Source of the DNA: a virus
Taxonomy: Duplodnaviria; Caudoviricetes
Virus record (IMG/VR): IMGVR_UViG_3300027820_000005
Location: 1 to 51,818 of that record
Reading direction: 5' to 3' (one strand)
DNA length: 51,818 bases
Shown: positions 9,801 through 20,800 of the stretch, piece after piece
Layout of the letters: every line of letters starts with the position of its first letter
Position numbering within the stretch: position 1 is the stretch's first letter
Program-made: the position numbers and the translations under genes
Notes under the pieces: generated by a model
Seen by the model: the letters and a program-made list of their open reading frames with translations, nothing else
The model's database searches: none
Told to the model about the DNA's origin: nothing

Positions 9801-12800
9801 GGCGCGGGATCATGAAGCTCGCGTCACCGGAGCGCATCTTCTCGTAGTTGTCGCGCTCGACCTTCTTGTTGTAGCGCCGCGGAACCCACTGAGACTCCCA
9901 GCGCGCGAACTGCGCGTCGGTGATCGCGCCCAGGTCGCGGAGCGCAATCCCCATCTCGTTCGCAACGGAGACGTACTGCTGCGCGACGTCGAAGAGGTAG
10001 CCGGTCCCCTTGCCGTACCGCTGCTCGACGTCCTCCGGCCCCTCCATGTGCTTGAACGCTCCGCTGTCGACGAGATCGTGCAGGCGCTTGCGGTCGCCCA
10101 TCGTCGGCATTTGACCGCCCCAGGCGCGAGTCCAGTTGTTCAGGACATGGTGCATCGCCGCCATCAGGTTCGCGTGCCGCGTCTGCGCCGGTCGGATCAC
10201 GTCGCGCACGGCGTCCTCGATGCGCTCCGCGACGGCCTCCTCCATCGTGTTGCCCTTCCACATGCGGCCCACGAATCGGTCGCTCTCCACGAACATGCGC
10301 CGCATCCGCCGCGGCATCTTCGGAAGGAGCGCGTTGTAGATCGTGCGCACGCGCCACTTCTCGGAGCCGGGCATTTGCCAGGGCTCTCCGCCCCACTCCC
10401 CGAAGCGGCCGCCACCCAGCGCCATCGAGATCGGGTCGAGCGAGTAGAGCATCGTCGCCTCGCGGCTGTCGACCCCGGCCTTCTCCGCGAGCTTGGCGAA
10501 GGCGTGGGCGAGGTGCGTCGCCATCTTCGTCGGCACGTCCGGGCGCAGGAGCCCGTCGTCGCCGAGCATCTTGTGGCGCTCGAGGCGTCGGCGCGTGCCC
10601 TCGGGCAGCTCGCCGGTCGAAGAGTCCATCACGTCGACGGCTTCCAGGTACGCCTCCACGGCGTCGGCGAGCTTCGCGTCCCCGGTCGAACGCGCGTAAC
10701 CGCGGATCGCAGAGCGCGCCAGGTCTTGGTACTCCTGGGCCGCCTGCACGTCCTCCTTGCTGGCCCCCTCGATCACACCGCTGGCGAGCTCGTTCATCGC
10801 CGCCTGAGCCTCAGCCATCCTCGGCAGGACGTCAGGCCCGACGACGCCGAGGGCCTGGAGGCGCTCGAACACCTGCTCCGCCTTGTACCCGAGGGTCTCG
10901 AACATGCGCACAGCTCGCAGCTCCGGCGAGGGCGCGCGGCTCAACAGCACCTCGAGGGCACCCTCGGCCGACTTGGCGGCACGCGCCTCGTCGGGGTAGA
11001 GCCTGTGGGCCATCCGCAGGCGTTCGGCGTCGGTCTCCGGCAGGTCGATGTACCCGGCCTCGAACCCTTCGCGCTCCTGCTCCACCTCGGCCGCCTCCTG
11101 ATCGGCAGCCAGGTCGTCGGCCAGGTTCTCGTACCCGGCATCCCCGGTGGCGTACACGGCGCCACCGTCCGCGGCGCGCTCGATCGCTTCGAGCAGGTCG
11201 TTGATGTCGGAGCCCTCGCGCAGGTAGCCCTCTTCGACGAGGGCTTCGCGCAGGTAGTCCAGCGACTCGGCCCCGCCCTTCTTCCGCAGGAACCCGGGAA
11301 GCGTAGCCTCCAGGCCGATCTGAGCGCCTCCGGCGCGCGGCGAGCGGCGCGACCCGGGGGTGTCGCCGTAGCGCTGGCGCAGGTCGCCCACCGCGGGCTC
11401 CTCGGAGTCGATGTTGATGCCGCCGCGCTCTCGAATCCGCGTGATGATGTCGGGCGGGTTCTTGTCTCGCCACCGCTTGTAGTTTGCGGCGGCCTGCTTG
11501 CGCCTGAACTCGCTGGCCTCCTCGCGCGCGAGCTGCTTGAACACCGCCTCTTGCGGACTCAGGCCCGCGTACGCCTTCTGTTTCTCCGTGCGCCGCGCCC
11601 GCGTGGCGATCTCCCCCGGCGACATGGCGTCGAGGCGTTCCTGGGCCCGCTTCTTCGCCGCCTGGATCGGCCCGAGGGTCGGCCCCTTCTTTTTCGGCTT
11701 CGCCGGCTTCGCCTCCGACAGATCCTTCTGGCGCGGCTTCTTGCCCACGCCAGAGGTCGGCGGAGCGACGGCCTCGCCGCCCTTGGGGAGCTCCGTTCGC
11801 TTCCCGCGCGAGCGCGCCTGTTCGGCTGCGATCACGGCCTCGCCGCCGGCCTCGGCCTCTTCGCTGGCCCCCTCGTACTCCAGCGTCGGGCCGTCCTCGC
11901 GGTCGGTCTGGTACTGGTTGCTGTACCCGGCCACGCCGTTCGCCTGAGCCATCGCGTCTTCGAGCGAGCCCCAGACCTTCGTGTTCCCGACGCGCTTTCC
12001 GCGCAGGTTGCCCGTCGCGTGCTCGATCGTGAACTGGTACTCACCCTCGGCCGTCGTGGGGCGGCGGCGGATCTGGTACTTGCCCCCGCGTTGCAGCCAG
12101 ACGTTCGCGCGCGGCGTCAGCGAGGTCACGAACTTGCCCCGGTGATAGCGTCCCCGCTCGAAGAACCCCGCCATCTCCTCGTTCCGCGCCGCGCTGCGCT
12201 TCGGCGGCGCCTGTTCCGTCAGCGGCTCGGGCGTCGGGTCGACGAACTCCTCGACGGGCGAGTAGTCCACGTCCTTGAAGTAGGTCGGATTCGCGGCCCG
12301 CAACTCCTGGAACCACTGAACCAGGCCCTCGAACTCCTTGCCGGAAGGGTCGACGGGGTGCGCGGCATCGTTGATGATCGAGGTCAGCGTCTTGGCGACG
12401 AACGTGCGCTGGTCCTCGGAGAGCCCCTTCGACAGCGAGTGGAGGTCGCGGCCCGCGTAGGCGGCGGTCGTGCTCATGAAGACCATCGCGTTCGCCAGGG
12501 CGTCCTCGCTGGCGACGTGCGAGAACATCGCCATCACCTGCTGCATCGGGGACAGCTCGTCGAACCCTTCCTCGCGGGCGGCGGAGGCGTAGCCCCCGAA
12601 CAGCGCGCCGACCCAGCCGGCGTCCCAGGCCCGGAGCACGCTCTCGGCGACCTTCGCGTCCTTGAACATGGCCCGCGCCTGTTTCTCCAGATCCACGCGG
12701 CCGCTCGGCAGGGACGAGATCAGGCTCTCGAGGTACTGGGGGGCGCCCGTGGCGTCGAGGGCGCGCAGCGCGTCCACGCGACGGTGCATCTTCATCGTCA

Positions 12801-14214
12801 GGAAGTGCAGCGGCTTTCCGACCTTGGATCGAGAGGCCCAGCCCAGGAAGGATCGGGCGCCCCCGGCGAGCTTCCCGAGACCGGCCTCGGCCGCGGCCTC
12901 GCCAACCCCCTGAGCGACGGCCTCGCCGGCGCCCTGGTCGTTGACGATCGCGGAGCGCATCAGCTCGTAGATCACCTCCTCGGAGACGTTCCGCGCACCG
13001 AACCGGACGCCCGACCAGTACTTGCCCAGGCTGTCGGCGCCGGCGAAGCCCGTGGACTTGACCAGGGCCCCGCCGATGCGCGCCGCCCCGGCCACCGCCG
13101 GCATCTTCGACTTGGAGAGCCCGGAGGCGATCTTCCCGCCACCTAGAGCCACGCCCTTGTTCACCGCAATGAACTCCCCCATCGCGATCCCCATGAACGC
13201 GGCCTTCTCCCAGAAGGTCTTGTCGAGCTCGCCGTCGCGCTGCAGGGCGACCAGCTCCTCGAGCAGAGCCCGCCGGTGCTCCGTCCGCTGGAGGTTGCTC
13301 ACCGTCTTCTCGCGCCAGTCGGGGCCCTCGGCCAGCCGCGGGAGCCAGGGAATCTCGCTCAGGTCCGGGAGGTCGAGCGGAACCTCGTAGTCCTCCCCCT
13401 TCTCTCCGAAGAGCTTGGGGATCTCCCCGGTGATCAGGCCCTCGTGCGCGAGGTTGCCGGAGCGCGGGTGCACACCGGAGAACGCCTCCCGGATCTCGTC
13501 GCGGTACTTCGAGTAATCGGGGATCGCATGGGGCACGCCATCAGCGACCGCCCATCGGGACCCGTCCGCGTCCTCGAACAGCGGCGACTCGTAGACCTGG
13601 CGCCGCCGGTTCGACTCCCCTTCCTTCCCGAAGGCCGGTGCGTTGAACACCTCGTCGGGGAGCTCGTACTTGTTGTCCGCCGAGCCCCAGAACCCGGCTT
13701 CGATCGCGGCTCCGTCCACCACGCGGCCGCGCTTGTAGTCCTCCCACGCCTTCGAGGGGCCGGAGACCGACAGGCCCTTGAGGGCGGATTTCAGGGCCGA
13801 TCGCCGCCGGAGGCCATCCAGCCCGCGGCCGGCCGCGTCGAGCTCCCGTAGCTCGCCCTGGACCGCCTGCAGCTCGCTCTCGATGCCCTGGACCTGGCCG
13901 ATGGAGCCGAGCCCGCTCTGACCCAGCACCTCGAGCTGCCCGTTCAGACCCTCGATCTTCTGCCGCGCCGCGGCGCGCCGCTGCTCGAGCTCGCCGGTCT
14001 CCTCGAGCCGAGAGAAGTCCAGCTCCCGGAGGAACCGCTTGGCGTGCTTCGAGAACTGCGGGTTGAACTCGTTGGCCTGCAGGTACCCGGCCCACTGAGC
14101 CGTCGCCTGACCAGCGAGCGCCTTGCGCTCCGGGTTCTCGGTGGTCAGGAACTCGGCGTGCGCACGCAGCCCGGCGTCCGCAAGCTGACCGAAAGTCTGG
14201 GGCTCCTGCGGCAT
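6883..14214 (-). CDS. Large internal virion / DNA ejection protein (2443 aa)
   Basis: Very long alpha-helical ORF in the podovirus ejection-protein position, after two smaller G/Q/A-rich genes. Confidence 0.7.
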   Translation of the reverse strand: MPQEPQTFGQLADAGLRAHAEFLTTENPERKALAGQATAQWAGYLQANEFNPQFSKHAKRFLRELDFSRLEETGELEQRRAAARQKIEGLNGQLEVLGQSGLGSIGQVQGIESELQAVQGELRELDAAGRGLDGLRRRSALKSALKGLSVSGPSKAWEDYKRGRVVDGAAIEAGFWGSADNKYELPDEVFNAPAFGKEGESNRRRQVYESPLFEDADGSRWAVADGVPHAIPDYSKYRDEIREAFSGVHPRSGNLAHEGLITGEIPKLFGEKGEDYEVPLDLPDLSEIPWLPRLAEGPDWREKTVSNLQRTEHRRALLEELVALQRDGELDKTFWEKAAFMGIAMGEFIAVNKGVALGGGKIASGLSKSKMPAVAGAARIGGALVKSTGFAGADSLGKYWSGVRFGARNVSEEVIYELMRSAIVNDQGAGEAVAQGVGEAAAEAGLGKLAGGARSFLGWASRSKVGKPLHFLTMKMHRRVDALRALDATGAPQYLESLISSLPSGRVDLEKQARAMFKDAKVAESVLRAWDAGWVGALFGGYASAAREEGFDELSPMQQVMAMFSHVASEDALANAMVFMSTTAAYAGRDLHSLSKGLSEDQRTFVAKTLTSIINDAAHPVDPSGKEFEGLVQWFQELRAANPTYFKDVDYSPVEEFVDPTPEPLTEQAPPKRSAARNEEMAGFFERGRYHRGKFVTSLTPRANVWLQRGGKYQIRRRPTTAEGEYQFTIEHATGNLRGKRVGNTKVWGSLEDAMAQANGVAGYSNQYQTDREDGPTLEYEGASEEAEAGGEAVIAAEQARSRGKRTELPKGGEAVAPPTSGVGKKPRQKDLSEAKPAKPKKKGPTLGPIQAAKKRAQERLDAMSPGEIATRARRTEKQKAYAGLSPQEAVFKQLAREEASEFRRKQAAANYKRWRDKNPPDIITRIRERGGINIDSEEPAVGDLRQRYGDTPGSRRSPRAGGAQIGLEATLPGFLRKKGGAESLDYLREALVEEGYLREGSDINDLLEAIERAADGGAVYATGDAGYENLADDLAADQEAAEVEQEREGFEAGYIDLPETDAERLRMAHRLYPDEARAAKSAEGALEVLLSRAPSPELRAVRMFETLGYKAEQVFERLQALGVVGPDVLPRMAEAQAAMNELASGVIEGASKEDVQAAQEYQDLARSAIRGYARSTGDAKLADAVEAYLEAVDVMDSSTGELPEGTRRRLERHKMLGDDGLLRPDVPTKMATHLAHAFAKLAEKAGVDSREATMLYSLDPISMALGGGRFGEWGGEPWQMPGSEKWRVRTIYNALLPKMPRRMRRMFVESDRFVGRMWKGNTMEEAVAERIEDAVRDVIRPAQTRHANLMAAMHHVLNNWTRAWGGQMPTMGDRKRLHDLVDSGAFKHMEGPEDVEQRYGKGTGYLFDVAQQYVSVANEMGIALRDLGAITDAQFARWESQWVPRRYNKKVERDNYEKMRSGDASFMIPRHDISRKAGKPAGWAERIWDPFVVFPSAAAQEGKVAEVLEILHGLKSEGYAVPWSEAKGWVPWTKDSYAVGAWADGGKDGYDPLSKWRVKGASLRLHAFLSSIKNSMAPEGVQPTGTQRPRTPQMVELLDAYLGVNGEPGLVLPLKLVDEIDLALSDFYDAPTSVQSLRNAADSGHVVEYAGKRLDQFSRWWRRSVTIQNPVHWSLNIGSSVMTNHLWGAADIGDFVRSVFTGKGHYADAWKTIIKAEEWWEIGKPGRGGTVVPPELLERGWTLRDWAAVQQLEQAAEILTGGTFRKTAFDVSIAGEMFQPMIRAQTKGKGQNVVLDSMDAMLAYQENMAGSTARVDAALIRAFGGMNMGAKIQAGADLYQAYALTELGFKYAATLAAIRSGRFTDIRKAATWAAQGTADYGNTSPLLRRWSTRFAIASSPLVRQTERHPFIKQAARFALANPFQLYSQNMRPTMLWAAVARPQAAFGIYALVKIMQEGLFRMFADNPDEEQDFYEAIDSTPGYEALGFSREEAEAMYRALESVPKPRGPAGIPVALGQAAQRALLRHWLFAPGPRKGARTQTTDLADMAPGIGTLQRAWHDLGAVPNRSAMENVRAFNRNFMGYQAHVMLSPITLVGDFVSGLGKRTATEQAARAVEELTGSVPFLNPATMPFSRQARRWAEAAAGQSFQDWAAGMEPIYEQPAGERMTEAAFGTVWNLRKASPYNDVLSESGLGRAMISQFMAPNLGPANEDVARQELAGKLFARAYASMQREAYAQWTRNEEMTPGFDQFREPLLNLSRDVELRLNADGRYDLLDVPEHSTPIGKWVARQPAELQSDLIDLWVGVTTSERWASGPGLVIEQAARSKAMDPLMYERLLLSAMSDPEDRGLIKYMDRKIRDNDVEDPGLFYAVYQKLGAPSETGASEAYRRIGKYFAGLSDVVFNKPNPAKDIPNLMKLLGGDAPEVAPVKKSYDLMTRSRQ

Positions 14215-14215
14215 C

Positions 14216-15376
14216 TCACGGCTGCTGCAGGTACTGGAAGAGGGCCCCGAAGCGGTCTTCGGGTGCTTGCTGGGGCGCGGGAGCCTCCAGCGGCGCCGGC
14301 GGCACGAGCCCGCCGAGCTTCTTCATGTCGCTGGACGTCATGTCCGCCATCGGGTCGAGGCTCTTCGCGGCCGCGCCCATGCCCATCCCCGCGCTTCCGC
14401 CGACCACCTGGTTCAGCCGCTGGAAGAACTCCTGCACCTGCGGGGCGAGCGCGCCGAGCAGGTTGGGGTCTGGCTCGCCGGTCTGCGGGTTCAGCGGCGC
14501 CCACTGTGCACCGTTCGGCCCGTTGACCCACGCTCCGGGGTTCTGGGAGAGCATCGCGTCGAGCATCCCCGGGTTCACGCCCATCCCCGCGGCGATCTGC
14601 TGCGCATCGCCCATCGGCGCCGACGAGGAATCCGGCGCGTAGACCGTCCGCGGCTCGGCGGACACCTGCTCCTGCTGCAACGGCGAGAGGTTCTGCTGGG
14701 TCACGCGCTGCCCACCCATCAGGCTCAGGGACCCGCGCATGTCCTTCTTGTACCGATCCTCGGCCTCGAGCGGGCTGTCGGCCAGGTCTCCGATCCGCTC
14801 CTCCACGATGTCGAGCGCCAGCGGGTCGTATCCGACCGAGGCCAGCCACGAGCTGAGAACCTCCTGGTTCACCACCGGGATCTTGCGGGGCTTGGCGAGC
14901 TTCGCCATGTCCTTGCCCTTGCCCGGGTAGTTCTTCTCCCACGCGTCGTCGCCCCACGCGCTGATCCCCGGGATAGCGAGGTCGGGCACGAATTCCATCT
15001 CCTCGATGAGCCCGGACTTCTTGTCCGTCATCAGCCGGAGGAAGGAGTTGCCGATTTCCTGCCGCCTCTGCTGCTCCTGCGCCGCCTGCTGGGCCTTCTG
15101 CTCGATGCCTAGCCTCGCCATCGCCGCGCGCTGCGCGCCCTCCTGGGCCAACAGGCGGCTTCTGGCGTTGTAGTCGAGCTCGGACTGGGATTCCCGGTCC
15201 TGGCGGTCCATGAGACGCCCGGTCAGGCCCGACAGGAAAGAGGAGGCCGTGTCGTAGATGCCCTTTTCGGCGGCGCCAGCCCCGGCGAGCGCCTGCATGG
15301 ACCCAGACACGGCCCCCTGGGCGATCTGCGGCTGCGCGGCCGGAGCTCCGTAGTACCTCGTAGGGTCGACAGGCAT
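14216..15376 (-). CDS. Putative ejection protein (386 aa)
   Basis: Q/A/G-rich helical protein; TGATG coupling at 15376; synteny. Confidence 0.6.
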   Translation of the reverse strand: MPVDPTRYYGAPAAQPQIAQGAVSGSMQALAGAGAAEKGIYDTASSFLSGLTGRLMDRQDRESQSELDYNARSRLLAQEGAQRAAMARLGIEQKAQQAAQEQQRRQEIGNSFLRLMTDKKSGLIEEMEFVPDLAIPGISAWGDDAWEKNYPGKGKDMAKLAKPRKIPVVNQEVLSSWLASVGYDPLALDIVEERIGDLADSPLEAEDRYKKDMRGSLSLMGGQRVTQQNLSPLQQEQVSAEPRTVYAPDSSSAPMGDAQQIAAGMGVNPGMLDAMLSQNPGAWVNGPNGAQWAPLNPQTGEPDPNLLGALAPQVQEFFQRLNQVVGGSAGMGMGAAAKSLDPMADMTSSDMKKLGGLVPPAPLEAPAPQQAPEDRFGALFQYLQQP

Positions 15377-16095
15377 CAATAGCCCCCGTACTCGGGCGGG
15401 CCGTACGGCTGCCCACCGCCGACGTAGGCCCCGTTGTAGCCCCCATACCCGCCCCCGGCGTAGGGATTGGGAGCCGGGGGCCCGTAGGTCTGCTGCTGCG
15501 GCCCGCCGCCCCCGCCGCCGCCCTGCAGGAGCCCGGCGAGCGGTCCCTTGCCGGCCGCACCGAAGAGTCCCATGCCCTGCAGGCCCAGATTCAGAAGTCC
15601 GCCCAGAGCCCCCAGGCGGTTCTTCTTCTTCATCTGCTTGTACATGAGCTGGTTCCAGTACTCGGTCTGGTCGAGCTGGTCCTGATAGTCGACGGATCGC
15701 TGCATCGCGTCACCAACGCCGGCCAGGTTCGAGGCCACCGCCCCCGACTCGCGCGCGCGGGACCCCGCCAGTTGCCCGCCGAGCATCGTCGAGAGCTGCT
15801 GACCCTGCTCGGCCATGATGAAGCCGGCCTGGGTCGGGTTCACGCCGTTCGCGCCGAGCGTCTCGCGCAGGCGGCGCTCGTTCGCCATCGAGGCGCCGGC
15901 CGCGCCCTCCGAGAACGCGAGGCGCTCCTGCTCCGCGCCGCGGCGAATCTCGTCCTCGACGCCCATTCCGAGCCGCGCGTAGAGGTCGGGCCCGAACGAC
16001 TGTTTCCACCCACCGGCCCCAATGTCCAGCGGACCACCACCCGTCAGGTCGCGGCCCCGATAACGCACCGTGCTCAGGAAGTCTCGAACGCTCAT
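15376..16095 (-). CDS. Putative ejection (pilot) protein (239 aa)
   Basis: Gly-rich with hydrophobic LGALGGLLNLGLQGMGLFG segment; synteny. Confidence 0.6.
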   Translation of the reverse strand: MSVRDFLSTVRYRGRDLTGGGPLDIGAGGWKQSFGPDLYARLGMGVEDEIRRGAEQERLAFSEGAAGASMANERRLRETLGANGVNPTQAGFIMAEQGQQLSTMLGGQLAGSRARESGAVASNLAGVGDAMQRSVDYQDQLDQTEYWNQLMYKQMKKKNRLGALGGLLNLGLQGMGLFGAAGKGPLAGLLQGGGGGGGPQQQTYGPPAPNPYAGGGYGGYNGAYVGGGQPYGPPEYGGY

Positions 16096-17828
16096 AGAAC
16101 GATGATGTCCACGCCTACCTCGCGTTCGCCTTGCTCGACGACTTCGAGGCCGATCTGGTCGTAGTTTTCGAGGTGCACGTCCGTCGAGGACGCCCCTACG
16201 ATATCCCCCGACTTCACACCCATGAAAGGCAAAGCCTGGACGATCAGCGAGAAGCTCGTATCCGAGGGCCTCAAAGACCCGATGTCCCGGAACTTGAACG
16301 GCGGCCCCTCGACGTAGTTGCCGCCCGACGGCGCCGTGCCCTTGGTGGCGAGCGCGGCCTCGTCTAGCGTCTCGTAGTCGTCGATCGACAGCCCCGCGCT
16401 CTGATCAGCGAAGACGAGCGAGGCGGTCGTTGGGGCCTCGTACTCGAGCCCCGGAGGCGCCGTCGCCACGAGACCCGCGGCGTTCCCTGCGAGGTGCGGA
16501 AACCACTGGGAAAACCTGCCGTTGAGCATGGGGAAGAGCTGCTTCTCGGTCCGACCGGTCGGGATCGAGAACGAGAACCCCTCGATCCTGGCGATGTAGT
16601 CGGCGGTCGGCACCAGGGGCCCGGACGTCGAGTCGTTGTCGAACGCCTGGAACATGACGGGGGGGTCCGTCTCGAATTCCTGCGTCACCTGAACGTCCTC
16701 GAAGAACACCGGGTCCGCATTCGACAGGATTCCCGTGAGGAGCGAGTTCGTCGCGTCCACGTTGTCCATATCGCCGTCGCGCGCGCGGTTCGAGCCCGGA
16801 GAGTCGCCCTTGTAGGCCGCGAAGACCGCGACCGGTGGGCGCCCGAACAGGAGAGGGATGCCGCGGATCACGATTCCGTACTGGACCTCCGTGATGCCGT
16901 TCCACGCCTCCACCTTGTCGCTCGAGGCCAGGTGACGCAGCCCCATGACGCCGAGCCGCACGCCTGGCGTGATGATCCGGTAGCGAACAGGCCCCGGCCG
17001 CGCCACGTAGTCGCGCGGGAGCGAGTAGCTCACCACGTCCCAGATGCGCCCCGGCCCGTCCTTGGTTCCCTCCGCCCACCTGTCGACACCGCCGGCCGGC
17101 GCGATCTTGAGCTCGATGGCCTCCTCCGACTGAGGCCATCGCGACACGAAGGCGTTGAGGCTGAACGGGTCGAGCTTGTGAGCCTCGATCGAGCCCGGCG
17201 CCAGCACCGCGCCGTCGACGGAGTTGGCCGGGAACCGAACGCCCCCGTTGGCGACTTCGCGAAGCTCGAGGGCAACCTGGAGCGCGAAGGACTCCAACGT
17301 CTGCTGGGCAACCTTGGAGTCCCACTCCTCCGGCAGATCGTCGAGCGTCATCGGAATGCCCGAGGCCGACGTCTCGCCGCTATTCACCACGCCTCCGTCG
17401 CGAACGGAAGCCACCTGGCTCGCAACCTCCGAGGCGTCCTCGGCGTCAGGATCGCCGGATGGGCGTGATAGGTTCACGTCCACGATGTCGGCGCCGGCCG
17501 CGGCGCCCAGGAGGTTGCCGTACTCCCCGCCACTCCAGTCCTGATCGGGATACCTCTGCGCGAGGAACGCCTGCGCTTCGGCCTCGCTGATGCGGCCGTC
17601 GCGCACGAGAAGGACGACGAGGTTCAGGTCCTGGATCGACTCGACACTCGTCGCGCGCGCCGCATCCAGAACGCCGGTGTCGTAGAGGTAGCCGGGAACG
17701 TCCACCAGAGGACTTGAGCGGCCCCCCTTGCTGCGCGGTCGGTTGTTGGCGAGCGCGACGTTTAGCCGCTTGTAAGCGCTCGCGTATTGCGCGATTTCGT
17801 TCGCGCGCTCGTCCTGCAGGTAGGGCAC
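16092..17828 (-). CDS. Virion structural protein (578 aa), tail-associated
   Basis: GTG at 17828 overlaps the upstream TAG; NSVDGAVLAPGSIEAHKL fibre-like motif. Confidence 0.6.
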   Translation of the reverse strand: MPYLQDERANEIAQYASAYKRLNVALANNRPRSKGGRSSPLVDVPGYLYDTGVLDAARATSVESIQDLNLVVLLVRDGRISEAEAQAFLAQRYPDQDWSGGEYGNLLGAAAGADIVDVNLSRPSGDPDAEDASEVASQVASVRDGGVVNSGETSASGIPMTLDDLPEEWDSKVAQQTLESFALQVALELREVANGGVRFPANSVDGAVLAPGSIEAHKLDPFSLNAFVSRWPQSEEAIELKIAPAGGVDRWAEGTKDGPGRIWDVVSYSLPRDYVARPGPVRYRIITPGVRLGVMGLRHLASSDKVEAWNGITEVQYGIVIRGIPLLFGRPPVAVFAAYKGDSPGSNRARDGDMDNVDATNSLLTGILSNADPVFFEDVQVTQEFETDPPVMFQAFDNDSTSGPLVPTADYIARIEGFSFSIPTGRTEKQLFPMLNGRFSQWFPHLAGNAAGLVATAPPGLEYEAPTTASLVFADQSAGLSIDDYETLDEAALATKGTAPSGGNYVEGPPFKFRDIGSLRPSDTSFSLIVQALPFMGVKSGDIVGASSTDVHLENYDQIGLEVVEQGEREVGVDIIVL

Positions 17829-20800
17829 TACCGCACGTCCGCGTCCTGGCCGCGGAGCGCAATCTCCACCAGCTCCAGGTCGACGTCCGCGGCCGCGTAG
17901 TCGAGGTAGAACCGGAACTTCACTCTCCGGCCCTTGAGCTGGTTGATGTCGAGGCTCGCGTACCCGTACTGACCGGAGCCCGAGTCGAGCCTGTGCGTGC
18001 AGTCCAACAGGTCCGTTGCGTCGTCCATGTCGAGGAACGCCTGAACCTTCACCGATCCGTTTGAGATCGCGTGCACGAAGTCCAGGTAGCGGAAGCTCTT
18101 GCTGTTCTCGATGCGCCCAAGGTCGAGCCACCCCGTCTCCCAGTAGGCAACGCGGGGACCGATTCGGACAGGCGGGCTCGGCTCACTCGCCATCTTGACG
18201 GGAGCCGTGAGGTGGATGGCCGAGTTCGTCGCGAACAGCGCCGTTCCGTAGGAGTTCTGACCCCAGTAAACCGGGCATCCTCGGATGCCCTCCAACTGCT
18301 TGTCGATCGAGGTCCCGCCGATCGAAATGTAGCTGTTGCCCACGACGACTCCGCTCGAGCCGGGCGCGGTCACTCCCCAGATCGAAGAGTCGCCTCCGAT
18401 CATGATGCGGCGCGTATCGCTCCGGTCCAGCCACACGACGAACCCCTCTTCGGTGCCGCCAATCAGGCGCTCGGTCCCGCCGCCAACTGGATTCACGACA
18501 CCCAACGCCGTGACGTTGGGGTGCCGAAGCCTCCCGAACCTGTGGAGCGCCGGCATCTTCCGACCGGTTGACACACCCGACAAGGCGTTGTCGTACTCGG
18601 TCGTGATGCGCACTTGGGGGCTCTCCTCGCCGGCCGCCTGCAGCGCCATGACGTACTGGTTCCTGCGCTTGTTGATCGCCGCAGAGGCTCGGTTGAGCTC
18701 GCGCGCATCGACGCTCACCAGTCCGGTCCCGTTGAAGAATGCGTCGACGCTGTGAGCGATCCATGCCGGAGTGCCGGCGCCCGTGTAGACGTACGGCCCG
18801 CGAGCGGCGAGGCTGTAGAGCCGATCGTCGAGACTCTCGGCCGTCTGGTGCGCAGAGCACCCCACGGAGTTGGTCACTTCCTCGACCAGCGCGACCGCGC
18901 CGCGGACCACGATCTTCGCGACGTAATCGCCCTTGTAGACGATCAGCTTCCCCCGGTGCCCGCGCATCGCGCGGATAGCGTCGGCCCCACCCGCGTTGAT
19001 GACGACGAGGTTCGTCGGCGGAACCGAGAACGGACTGGCGAACTGCGAGTAGGCGATCCCGTCTGGCTGCTCGCGGTCGCCGGCAATCCTCCCGTAGAAC
19101 ATCGCCCCCTGGCTGGACGCGACAACGTGACAGTCGGGCGGGTCGAGGTTGTCGAATCGAAGCGCCTCACCAAGAGCTAGCGGGTCGTCCGTCAGCCGGA
19201 GCTCGACCGAAGTCGACTCGTTGTCCGGGATGATCTTCTGCAGGAAGAACGCCGAGCCCCCTGGCTGCGTCAGGTAGACGCGGCGCTGAACCTGCTCGCC
19301 ATCCACCGAGATCGGGAGACGCCGCAGCAACAGCCGCACGTCTCCGGCCGGGTTGTTCACGTCCTCCGCTTCCGGGACGACGGTCAGCGGCGGGCCTGGG
19401 AAGCTCGTGAGACCGAGAGTCGGGTCGTGGAACGCAACACGAACGAGGCGCCGCGCACGGAAGAGCGTGGGTTGCCGGATGTACTCGACTCGCAGCGGAA
19501 GAGCGTTAACGCTCGACTCCGTGCTGAGCGCCACCTCGAGCTCCTTGTTGGGCAACACCTTTGCCGTGACGTCCTGTTCGGACCCACCGGCCGCATAGGT
19601 ATTCGTGTGCACCGACGCGAAGCAACTACCTCCCGCCGTGCGCAGCGGACCGGGGGCGGTAGCAGACGACATCAGAGCGTTCAGATCGTCAGACCCCATC
19701 TCGAGCGCGTCGTCGAGCGGAGGATCTCCGGCCGCGGCCTCGAAGATCACCGTGTTCGCGCTGAGCGAAGTGACGTGATAGGCGAAGGAGTCGAACTTCC
19801 CATCGAACGGCGTGATGCCAGTTGCCGGGTCGCGCGCCAGTTGCGAGCCGAACAATTCGATGTCGTACGGACCGGGGTCGGGCCTCGATGCGTTGTCGAA
19901 GTCGGGAGACTTAACGAGCGAGACCCCGCTGAACACCGCGCCTCCGTCACCAGAAAGAGAGCTCAGGTCTGGAGTCGATCCATCCAGAGCCTTCACCGTC
20001 ACCGTGTCCGGGCTCGCGTCCGTCCAACCTGTGATGACGTACGGCTGCTCGAACCCCGACGTCACGTCGTCCGGGTCGAACCAGAAGAGCATCCCGACAT
20101 GATCGGGGTGGAAGTACTGCGAGCTTGGAGTGATGACACCGGATGCGTTGCCGCTGAACGTGATGCCCGCCGAACTCTTGAGGGAAACCATGCCCGTCGC
20201 CGGTATGTTGGGCATGTCGCCGTCCCGGTAGTCGCTAGTCGTGAACGACACCGCCATGCGGCCGCCGGCCTTGTGCGACCACCACGGGCGCTTGACGTCC
20301 GTCGCCAGCTCCTGGTCGAGCTCGCGCACGACGAACAGATCCTTGCACTCGCCGGCCGCGTCATCCAGGTAGACGGAGTTGATCCAGTTCCCCTCGTCGG
20401 CGTCTCGTTCGGGCCAACGCTTGCGAACATAGAGGTAGTTCCAGTACCCGGCTCGCACGACCGGGACGTTGGTCGAGATCGAGACCTCTTTCTTCAAGTC
20501 CAGGTCGAACCATCCGAACACAACCTTCCCGTCGCGCACTTCGACGAAGGGTCCTCCGGCGTCCACACCTCTGCGCTGCGAGTAGAGCGGGATCCGCCCA
20601 TGCGTGTTCCGCAGCATGAAGTAGCACTTGAACGCGAAGATGTCGCGGGAGCCACCGTCCGGGAACTCCCACGCCATTTCCTTGTGGTACGTCTGGCGCA
20701 GGAACCACGTCCCCGGGTTGTCGAAGTGGTACCGCTGGTCGGCCTGGTCCGCGCTCACATCGGCGTCCTGCAGGGGAGTGACGAAGCTTCCCGCCACATA

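Noticed and set aside
8950-13146. 1398-aa plus-strand ORF and many other long overlapping ORFs
   Set aside because: Antisense or off-frame shadows of real high-GC genes; low-complexity R/A/G/L/V/P-rich translations without motifs
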